NCBI GenBank assembly: GCA_964623395.1
Contig: CAZUSI010000004.1
Span: forward strand, 1 to 36,432
DNA length: 36,432 nucleotides
Source of the DNA: an uncultured bacterium
GTDB lineage: Bacteria; Hydrothermota; Hydrothermia; Hydrothermales; Hydrothermaceae
Reading direction: 5' to 3'
Positions 15,608-23,348 of the stretch are shown one piece after another (the first letter of the stretch is position 1; each line of letters starts with the position of its first letter). A model generated the notes under the pieces. It ran no database searches. It worked only from the letters and a program-made list of their open reading frames with translations, and was not told the origin of the DNA. Made by a program: the position numbers and the translations under genes.

Positions 15608-17668
15608 ATGAGAAAATTTAAAATAATTTCAGTATTTATAAGTATTTTTTTATTCTTATGTGTAAAGGTTGAAAGAAAACCATTACCTTATGCAGAGAAA
15701 GGTGGAATTTTAAGAATTGGAATGGTAAAGGAGCCCCCAAATTTAAATCCTCTTTTTCCCTCTCTTGTTGAACCAAACCCCTTCTATGATTTAATATTTC
15801 AACCACTTTTCAAAATTCATAAAGATAAGGTTATACCAATACTTGCAGAATCATGGGAATTTTCAGAGGATTTAAAATCTATAACTTTTTATTTAAGAAA
15901 AAATGTAAAATGGCATGATGGAAAAGAATTTACTGCTGAAGATGTTATTTTTACTTATAATTTAATTAATGACCCTAACATAAATTCACCTCTTAAATCC
16001 CAATTTAGATTTCTTGAAAGGGTTGAAAAAATTGGAAAATATGTTGTTAAATTTGTTTTTTCAAGGATCTATTTGTATGAACTTTATGATTGCAATTTTT
16101 ATCCTTTACCTTCCCATATTTTAAAGGATAAAAAAGATATTGAAAATTTTTCTCAAAATCCAGTTGGAAATGGTCCATATAAATTAAAAAAATGGATTAA
16201 AGGGAATTTAATTGAATTAGAAGCAAATGAAGATTATTTTTCTTTTATTCCTCCAATAAAAACAATATATTTCAAATTTTATCCATCTTCTGAAATTGTT
16301 TCTCTTGCTTATAAAGAAGGAAGAATTGACATTGCCTTTGATATAACTCCTAAGGAAATTTCCATTATAAAAGAAGGAAAAGGTAAATTGGAAAGTTTTT
16401 ATGGAAACCAAATTTTCTTCATTGGCTTTAATTTAGGAAAATTTCCTTATAATGATATTAATTTTAGGAAAGCAATTTCTTTATTAATAAATAAAGATGA
16501 AATTGTAGCAAAGACAATGGAAAATTATGCTGAAAAAATTTCCTCTCCAATTCCTCTTAATCATTGGGCATACGATTCCTCCTTAGAAGATACAAAATTT
16601 GATATTGAAAGGGCGAAGAAAATTTTACAAGATTTAGGTTTTAAAAATGTTGATAAGGATCCTTATTTAGAAATTGGAGGAAAAGATTTTTCAGTGAATA
16701 TTTTAACAGAGGATATACCCGAAAAGATTTTGGTTGCACAAAAGATAAAAGAAGATATTGAAAAGGCAGGATTGGCATGTAATACAATAATTCTTTCAGG
16801 ATTTGATTTTGTCAAAAAACTTATGGAAAGGGATTTTGATGTTTATCTTTTTTCATGGACATATGGAGAGAAAGTTGACCTTATTCCCTTATGGCATTCA
16901 AAGTATGGAGTTTTTAATTTTACAGGTTTTAAAAATGAAGATTTTGATAAATATTTGGAAAACTCAATTCTTACAATAAATCAAATGGAAAGTAAAAGGA
17001 ATTTTAAATTGGCTCAAAGAATTTTATTTGAAAATTTACCTGCAATTTTTCTTTTCACAAACAAGAATTTGTTTGCATATTCTGATAGGGTTAAGGGAAT
17101 TGAACTTTATACTGATTCACCAATTTCAAATCTTGATTTAATTTTTATTCCAAAAGAAATGCAAGAGGTTAGCATTGAATTTGAAATAAAAGTAGAAAAA
17201 CCCTTAGAGGAAAAAAAACCCGAAGAAATTAAAAAGCCATTAGAAGAGAAACCTCTCCCACCTATTCGTTCTGAAGAAATTTTGAAAGCAGAACTTACTA
17301 AGAAAGAAGAGATTTTACCAAAAGAAGAGGTAAAAGAGGCACAAAAAGAAGAAGCTCAAATAAAGGAGGAGATAAAGCCTGAAGTTCCAAAGGAACCACA
17401 AATTGTTTCGGAGGTAAAAATTTTAAAGGCAGTTCAACCAATCTATCCAGAAGAAGCAAAAAAATTGAATTTAAAAGGGCTTGTAATTGTAAGGGTTCTT
17501 GTTGATAAAACAGGAAAAGTTATAGATGCTAAAATTTTAAAAAGCTCAAATTATCCAATTTTGGACCAAGCAGCATTAAATGCTGCAAAAGATTTTGTTT
17601 TTGAACCTGTAAAGGATGAAAGGGGAGTTCCTGTTGAATTTTTCACAACAATTCCCTTCAGATTCTAA
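15608..17668 (+). CDS. Fusion: family-5 (OppA/DppA-like) solute-binding protein, probable lipoprotein + E/K/P-rich linker + TonB C-terminal domain
   Basis: Strong SD AAGGAGGTGA at 15595-604. SBP_bac_5 motifs PILAESWEFSED, FYLRKNVKWHDGKEFTAEDVIFTY, PVGNGPYKL, FRKAISLLINK. TonB_C: QPIYPEEAKKLNLKGLVIVRVLVDKTGKV...SSNYPILDQAALNAA...F.P. Confidence 0.9.
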   Translation: MRKFKIISVFISIFLFLCVKVERKPLPYAEKGGILRIGMVKEPPNLNPLFPSLVEPNPFYDLIFQPLFKIHKDKVIPILAESWEFSEDLKSITFYLRKNVKWHDGKEFTAEDVIFTYNLINDPNINSPLKSQFRFLERVEKIGKYVVKFVFSRIYLYELYDCNFYPLPSHILKDKKDIENFSQNPVGNGPYKLKKWIKGNLIELEANEDYFSFIPPIKTIYFKFYPSSEIVSLAYKEGRIDIAFDITPKEISIIKEGKGKLESFYGNQIFFIGFNLGKFPYNDINFRKAISLLINKDEIVAKTMENYAEKISSPIPLNHWAYDSSLEDTKFDIERAKKILQDLGFKNVDKDPYLEIGGKDFSVNILTEDIPEKILVAQKIKEDIEKAGLACNTIILSGFDFVKKLMERDFDVYLFSWTYGEKVDLIPLWHSKYGVFNFTGFKNEDFDKYLENSILTINQMESKRNFKLAQRILFENLPAIFLFTNKNLFAYSDRVKGIELYTDSPISNLDLIFIPKEMQEVSIEFEIKVEKPLEEKKPEEIKKPLEEKPLPPIRSEEILKAELTKKEEILPKEEVKEAQKEEAQIKEEIKPEVPKEPQIVSEVKILKAVQPIYPEEAKKLNLKGLVIVRVLVDKTGKVIDAKILKSSNYPILDQAALNAAKDFVFEPVKDERGVPVEFFTTIPFRF

Positions 17669-18716
17669 GGAAGAAGAGTTTATAAAGCTTTGTATTGAAA
17701 TTGCAAAACTTGGTGAAGGGAGTGTTCGCCCAAATCCATTGGTTGGTAGTATAGTTGTTAAGAAAAATAGAATTGTTGGAATAGGATATCATAAGGCACC
17801 TGGTTTACCTCATGCTGAAAGAATTGCAATTGATAATGCAGGTAAAGAGGCACAAGATGCTGACCTTTATGTAAATCTTGAACCTTGCGTTCATTTTGGA
17901 AGAACTCCTCCTTGTGTTGATTATATAATAGAAAAAAAAATAAAAAGGGTTTTTATTGGAACAAAGGACCCAAATCCAATCGTTAATGGTAAAGGGATAG
18001 AAAAATTAAAAAAGGCGGGGATAAAAGTAAAGGTTGGAATTCTTGAAAATGAATGCAGGGATTTAAATAGAAAATATTTTGTTTTTCATGAGAAAAAGAA
18101 AATTTTTGTTGCTTTAAAACTTTCCATTTCCTTAGATGGTAAAATGGCAAACTATAAAGGTCTTTCAAAATGGATTTCATCAAAAAGTGCAAGAGAATAT
18201 TCTCATAAATTAAGAGGAGAATTTGACTTAATTGGAATAGGAAGTGGAACACTTTTAAAGGATAATCCTTCACTTTTCCCTTATCTATATTTTTCTCCCT
18301 CAAATTCAATTCCCATTATTATTTCCACAAAAAAAATTCCCTTTAATAAAAAAATTTTTAAAATTCATAAAAAAATTTTTATTGCTACTTCCACTTTTTA
18401 TGAAAAAGTTCCTGAAAATGTTGAAATTATAAAAGTGAAAGAAGAAAATGGGAAAATTTGTCTTAAAGAACTTTTAAAAAAACTTTATGAAAAGGGATTT
18501 CAAAGTATTATTTTTGAAGGAGGAAGTGAAATATCTTCTTCTTTATTAAAAGAAAATCTTATTGATGAATATCATATTTTCATAACTCCATTTATAATTG
18601 GTGATGGAATTTCCCCTTTTAAATCCTTTAAACTCAAAAAACTTTCAGAGAAAAAAATTTTGAAAATTAAAGAAATTAAATTTTTTGATGAAACAATTTA
18701 TATGAGACTTTTATGA
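17634..18716 (+). CDS. ribD: Riboflavin biosynthesis bifunctional deaminase/reductase
   Basis: PNPLVG, HAE, NLEPCVHFGRTPPCVD, SLDGK, EGG motifs. Start is either ATG 17616 or TTG 17634; the latter has AGGGGAG 6 nt upstream. Confidence 0.95.
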   Translation: MNFSQQFPSDSKEEEFIKLCIEIAKLGEGSVRPNPLVGSIVVKKNRIVGIGYHKAPGLPHAERIAIDNAGKEAQDADLYVNLEPCVHFGRTPPCVDYIIEKKIKRVFIGTKDPNPIVNGKGIEKLKKAGIKVKVGILENECRDLNRKYFVFHEKKKIFVALKLSISLDGKMANYKGLSKWISSKSAREYSHKLRGEFDLIGIGSGTLLKDNPSLFPYLYFSPSNSIPIIISTKKIPFNKKIFKIHKKIFIATSTFYEKVPENVEIIKVKEENGKICLKELLKKLYEKGFQSIIFEGGSEISSSLLKENLIDEYHIFITPFIIGDGISPFKSFKLKKLSEKKILKIKEIKFFDETIYMRLL

Positions 18717-20428
18717 AGACAAGTTTAAGGGACTTTTATTGTGGAGAGGTAAACGAAAAAATTATAGATAGAGAAATAAAATTGTGTGGATGGATTAAAA
18801 GAATAAGGGTTTTAGGAGGAGTTATATTTTTTGACTTAAAAGATAGAGAAGGTTATGTTCAATGTGTTGTTGAAAAAAAGGATGAAAATTTATATGAGAT
18901 TGCAAAGAATTTAAAAATTGAAGATTGCATTCAGGTTTTTGGTATCGTTAGGGAAAGAAAGGATAAGAATCCAAAAATTAAAACAGGGAATGTTGAAGTT
19001 TTAATAAAAAATATAGAGGTCTTTTCAAAATCAAACAATTTGCCATTTCTTCCAGAGGATGATATTAATGTTTTTGAGGAAACAAGATTAAGATATCGTG
19101 TTCTTGATTTAAAAAGACCAAAAATGCAAAGAAACATAATTTTTAAACATAGGTTAGTACAAACTATAAGGGAATTTTTAAATAAAAAAGGATTTGTAGA
19201 AATTGAAACACCTTTCCTTTCAAAAAGCACACCAGAAGGAGCAAGGGATTTTTTAGTTCCTTCAAGGATTTCCCCTGGTAAATTTTATGCACTTCCTCAA
19301 TCACCTCAACTTTATAAACAGGTTCTTATGGTAAGTGGATTTGATAGGTATTATCAAATTGTAAAGTGTTTTAGGGATGAAGATTTAAGAAAGGATAGAC
19401 AGCCGGAATTTACACAACTTGATTTAGAAATGAGCTTTATCACTGAAGAAGATGTTTTTTCTCTTATAGAAGAATTATTTAAAGAAATTTTAAAGAAACT
19501 TTTAGAAATAGATTTAAAAATACCTTTTCCAAGAATTAAATATGAAGAATCTTTAAAAAAATATGGAAGTGATAAGCCGGATTTAAGGGTAGGATGGGAA
19601 ATAAAGGATTTTAGCAATTTACTGAAAAATAAGGGAATAAAGATTTTTGAGGATGCTAAGGTGATTTTAGCATTACAAATTGATAAAGATATTTCAAGGA
19701 AAGAGATTGAAGAAATAAATGAATTTGCAATTCAAAATGGAGGAAAAGGTATCACTTATGTTAAATATTTTGATTCTTTAAAAGGACCGATGGCAAAATT
19801 TTTAAAGGAAAATGATTTAACTAATGGAAATACATATATAATTGTTGGAGATAATAGAGAAAGGGCATTTTTTATACTTAGTAAAATAAGAGAAAAATGT
19901 ATAAAAATTTTAAATCCAGAATTTAAAGAAAATTTTTCCTTTTTATTTGTTACACATTTCCCCCTTTATGTATGGGATGAGGAAGAAAAAAGATGGGAAC
20001 CTGCTCATCATCCCTTTACAATGCCTGAAGAAATTTCAGATATTGAAAATAAAAATCCAGAGGAGATAATAGGAAGACAATATGACCTTATATTAAATGG
20101 GGTTGAAATAGGTTCTGGAAGCATTAGAATTCATGATCCAGAACTTCAAAGAAAAGTTTTAAGAAAACTTGGTTATAGTGATGAGGAAATAGAAAAAAGG
20201 TTTGGATTTTTTTTAGAGGCATTAAGTTTTGGTGCCCCACCTCATGGTGGAATTGCTCTTGGAATTGATAGAATTGCTGCTTGCCTTTTGAATTTGGAAA
20301 CAATAAGGGATGTTATACCATTTCCAAAAACAACTAAGGGATATGCACTTTTTGAAGGGGCACCATCAGAGGTTGATAAAGAACAACTTGATGATTTAAA
20401 ATTGTTTATAAAATATGAAGAAGATTGA
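18713..20428 (+). CDS. aspS: Aspartate--tRNA ligase
   Basis: STPEGARDFLVPSR, FYALPQSPQLYKQ, CFRDEDLRKDRQPEFTQLDLEMSF, HHPFT, GSIRIH, GAPPHGGIALGIDR. Confidence 0.98.
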   Translation: MKTSLRDFYCGEVNEKIIDREIKLCGWIKRIRVLGGVIFFDLKDREGYVQCVVEKKDENLYEIAKNLKIEDCIQVFGIVRERKDKNPKIKTGNVEVLIKNIEVFSKSNNLPFLPEDDINVFEETRLRYRVLDLKRPKMQRNIIFKHRLVQTIREFLNKKGFVEIETPFLSKSTPEGARDFLVPSRISPGKFYALPQSPQLYKQVLMVSGFDRYYQIVKCFRDEDLRKDRQPEFTQLDLEMSFITEEDVFSLIEELFKEILKKLLEIDLKIPFPRIKYEESLKKYGSDKPDLRVGWEIKDFSNLLKNKGIKIFEDAKVILALQIDKDISRKEIEEINEFAIQNGGKGITYVKYFDSLKGPMAKFLKENDLTNGNTYIIVGDNRERAFFILSKIREKCIKILNPEFKENFSFLFVTHFPLYVWDEEEKRWEPAHHPFTMPEEISDIENKNPEEIIGRQYDLILNGVEIGSGSIRIHDPELQRKVLRKLGYSDEEIEKRFGFFLEALSFGAPPHGGIALGIDRIAACLLNLETIRDVIPFPKTTKGYALFEGAPSEVDKEQLDDLKLFIKYEED

Positions 20429-20969
20429 AAAAAGAAAAATAATGGATAAAATTGATATAAGGAATACGATTGAAAGGCTTGCTTCTGAAATTCTTGAAAG
20501 ACATAAAGATTATAAAAAAATTGCATTGATAGGAATAAGAACAAGAGGAGCACCAATTGCAAAAAGAATTAAAAAAATTCTTGAAGAAAAACTTAAAATA
20601 GAAATTCCTCTTGGCATCCTTGATATTACCTTTTATAGGGATGACCTTCAAAAAATATCAGAATGTCCGGAGGTAAAGAGCACATTGCTTGACTTTAATG
20701 TTGATGGTAAAGAAATTATACTTATAGATGATGTTCTTTATACAGGAAGAACAATAAGAAGTGCACTTGATGCAATTATAGATTTTGGAAGACCAGATAA
20801 AATAGAACTCCTTGTTTTAATTGATAGGGGACATAGAGAACTTCCAATACATCCTGATTATTTAGGTAAGAAAGTTGCAACTTCAAAAAATGAGAATGTT
20901 GAGGTAAGACTTGAAGAGGTTGATGGTGTTGATGAAGTTGTTATATGTGAATTTATAAATGATTTTTGA
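20415..20969 (+). CDS. pyrR: Bifunctional pyrimidine regulatory protein / uracil phosphoribosyltransferase
   Basis: [42 protein letters not shown]. Confidence 0.96.
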   Translation: MKKIEKRKIMDKIDIRNTIERLASEILERHKDYKKIALIGIRTRGAPIAKRIKKILEEKLKIEIPLGILDITFYRDDLQKISECPEVKSTLLDFNVDGKEIILIDDVLYTGRTIRSALDAIIDFGRPDKIELLVLIDRGHRELPIHPDYLGKKVATSKNENVEVRLEEVDGVDEVVICEFINDF

Positions 20970-20980
20970 AGGAGGAATTT

Positions 20981-21850
20981 ATGGCAATTTTTCTTTCTGA
21001 AAATACAAGAGTTGTTGTTCAAGGAATTACAGGAAGGGATGGTTCTTTTCATACAAAACAGATGCTTGATTATGGGACAAAAATTGTTGCAGGAGTAACA
21101 CCTGGTAAAAAGGGAGAAAGTGTTTATGGGGTCCCGGTTTACAATTCTGTAAAAGAAGCAGTAAGAGAAAAAGGAGCAAATACCTCTATAATTTTTGTTC
21201 CAGCAAAATTTGCTCAAGATGCAATTTATGAGGCAATTGATGCTGGAATAGAACTTATTGTTGTTATAACAGAAGGAATACCTGCACTCCAAATGGCAGA
21301 AGTGAAAAGTTATATACAGGGTAAAAATGTAAGAATAATAGGACCAAATTGTCCTGGAATAATTGCACCAGGAATTTCAAAGGTTGGAATAATGCCAGGA
21401 AATATATTTAAAAAAGGGAAAATAGGCGTTGTTTCAAGAAGTGGAACACTTACATATGAGGTTGTATATCATCTTTCTGAAAATAATCTTGGGCAATCAA
21501 CAGCAATAGGTATAGGTGGAGATCCAATAATTGGTACAAAGTTTATAGATGTTTTAAAAGAGTTTGAAAAGGATGAAGAAACAGAAGGCATTGTTATTAT
21601 AGGGGAAATTGGTGGAACAGATGAAGAAGAAGCAGCTGAATTTATAAAAAAGAGTATTTCAAAGCCTGTTGTTGCCTTTATTGCAGGAAGAACTGCTCCA
21701 CCTGAAAAAAGAATGGGTCATGCAGGTGCAATAATTATAGGCGAAAAGGGAACTGCTGAAAGTAAAATAAGAGCGTTTGAGGAAGTAAATGTAAGGGTTG
21801 CAACAGAACCAGGGGAAGTTGCTGAAATTATGAAGGAAATTTTAAAATGA
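20981..21850 (+). CDS. sucD: Succinyl-CoA synthetase alpha subunit
   Basis: Start reassigned to ATG 20981 behind [37 protein letters not shown], phospho-His motif RMGHAGA. Confidence 0.96.
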   Translation: MAIFLSENTRVVVQGITGRDGSFHTKQMLDYGTKIVAGVTPGKKGESVYGVPVYNSVKEAVREKGANTSIIFVPAKFAQDAIYEAIDAGIELIVVITEGIPALQMAEVKSYIQGKNVRIIGPNCPGIIAPGISKVGIMPGNIFKKGKIGVVSRSGTLTYEVVYHLSENNLGQSTAIGIGGDPIIGTKFIDVLKEFEKDEETEGIVIIGEIGGTDEEEAAEFIKKSISKPVVAFIAGRTAPPEKRMGHAGAIIIGEKGTAESKIRAFEEVNVRVATEPGEVAEIMKEILK

Positions 21851-22419
21851 TTAAAATATTTTTTATTTTTTTATTTAACTTTTCATGGAAGGATTTAAAG
21901 GAAAGTTATAAAAATGTTGAAAGCATATATGCTGAAATAAAAGAAATTATTTATAGTGGAAAAGTTCCCACATGCACTTTATATGGAAAAATTTATGTTA
22001 AAAGACCTGATTTTTTCAAAATGGTTGTTGAAAAACCTGAAAGCCAAGTTATATACTCAACAAAGGATAGCACATTGATTTATTTTCCTTTATGGAAAGA
22101 GTTGCAAATTTTTGAAACTCCCAAATTTATAGCAGATTTTTTTCTTTTAAATTTTGAAGAATATTCCGATTCGATTTCTTTTAAAGAAAATAATTTTTAT
22201 GAAATCAAAATTTTTCCCAAAAAAGAATTTAATATACTTTATGAAAAAATAATTTTGAATATAAATAAAAAAAATAAAAATATTGAAAGAATTTCCTTTA
22301 TACAAGGAGAAGTTAATTTTGAATTTAATTTTCTTTTATTTAAAAAAAATGAGAAGTTTGAAACAAAAATTTTTTTGCCAAAAGGGGTAAAAAGAGTTAA
22401 AATTCCATTTGATAAATGA
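21847..22419 (+). CDS. lolA: LolA-like outer-membrane lipoprotein carrier protein
   Basis: [13 protein letters not shown]...KPESQVIYS...LIYFP pattern, size 190 aa and C-terminal F.LPKGV typical of the LolA fold. Confidence 0.75.
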   Translation: MIKIFFIFLFNFSWKDLKESYKNVESIYAEIKEIIYSGKVPTCTLYGKIYVKRPDFFKMVVEKPESQVIYSTKDSTLIYFPLWKELQIFETPKFIADFFLLNFEEYSDSISFKENNFYEIKIFPKKEFNILYEKIILNINKKNKNIERISFIQGEVNFEFNFLLFKKNEKFETKIFLPKGVKRVKIPFDK

Positions 22420-22438
22420 ATTTATTTAAGTTTATAAT
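22409..22438 (+). promoter_or_regulatory. Putative sigma70 promoter, very short leader
   Basis: TTGATA (22409-14), 18-nt spacer, TATAAT (22433-38); ATG at 22450; no SD. Confidence 0.6.
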
Positions 22439-22449
22439 ATATTTTTGAA

Positions 22450-23343
22450 ATGAAAAAAGGATTTTATATAAAGATATATAGGGAAAGAGGGGATTTAGAA
22501 AGTAATAGTTTTTTTATAACATCAAAAATTTTTAAAACTTTTATTTTTATTTTTATTTTATTATTTTTCTGGTTAATTTTTGCCACTTATATGTTTATAA
22601 AAAAAGAAAATCAAAGAGGAATATTAAACAGTCTTGCTAAAGAAAATGAAAATCTTAAAGGAAAAATAAATGAAATGGAGAAAAAACTTAATGAATTAAA
22701 AAATAAAATGTTATTTTTAATAGAGGAACAAAATAAGTTAAGAAATTATGTAAATTTTGAACCGATATCTCCTGAAATTGTTGAAATGCCCATTGGTGGT
22801 AGTTCATTAAAAGAAAATAAACTTATTTCTTTAAAAGAAAAATTAGATTATCTTTTAAATTTAACAAATACATGGGAAAAGGAGATAAAGGATTTAAAAT
22901 ATTTTCTTGAAAAAAATGAAAATTTAAGAAAAACAACTCCAAGTATTTCACCTGTAAAAGGTGGATTTATAACTGCAAAATTTGGTTTAAGAGAAGACCC
23001 CTTTACGGGTATTTTAAAATTTCATAAAGGAGTTGATATTGCATCTTCAAAAGGGACACCAATTTTTGCAACTGCTGATGGAATAGTTAAATATACAGGA
23101 TGGAAAGAAGGTTTGGGACTTACAGTTGAAATTGACCATGGAAATGGATTTGTTACATTATATGCCCATCTTGATAGAATTTTAGTAAAGCAATTTCAAA
23201 GGGTTAGAAGAGGTGAAGTGATAGCAACGATGGGTTCAACAGGACTTGTAACAGGTGTTCATCTTCATTATGAAGTAAAACTTCTTGGTAAGAATTTAAA
23301 TCCAATAAATTATATAATTCCTGATGAGGAATATTTTGATTAA
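22450..23343 (+). CDS. M23 (LytM) peptidoglycan endopeptidase with TM and long coiled coil
   Basis: TPSISPV, FGLREDPFTG, HKGVDI, YAHL, GVHLHYEV, NPINYI. Confidence 0.93.
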   Translation: MKKGFYIKIYRERGDLESNSFFITSKIFKTFIFIFILLFFWLIFATYMFIKKENQRGILNSLAKENENLKGKINEMEKKLNELKNKMLFLIEEQNKLRNYVNFEPISPEIVEMPIGGSSLKENKLISLKEKLDYLLNLTNTWEKEIKDLKYFLEKNENLRKTTPSISPVKGGFITAKFGLREDPFTGILKFHKGVDIASSKGTPIFATADGIVKYTGWKEGLGLTVEIDHGNGFVTLYAHLDRILVKQFQRVRRGEVIATMGSTGLVTGVHLHYEVKLLGKNLNPINYIIPDEEYFD

Positions 23344-23348
23344 ATAAG

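Noticed and set aside
18790..18830. AspS as a non-discriminating Asp/Asn enzyme
   Set aside because: The anticodon-domain motif reads RVLGG (Leu, as in discriminating enzymes) rather than RDHGG; nothing unusual can be claimed.
20966..20980. ORF-track start for sucD at 20966 (TTG)
   Set aside because: The SD AAGGAGG and the conserved MAIF N-terminus point to ATG 20981.
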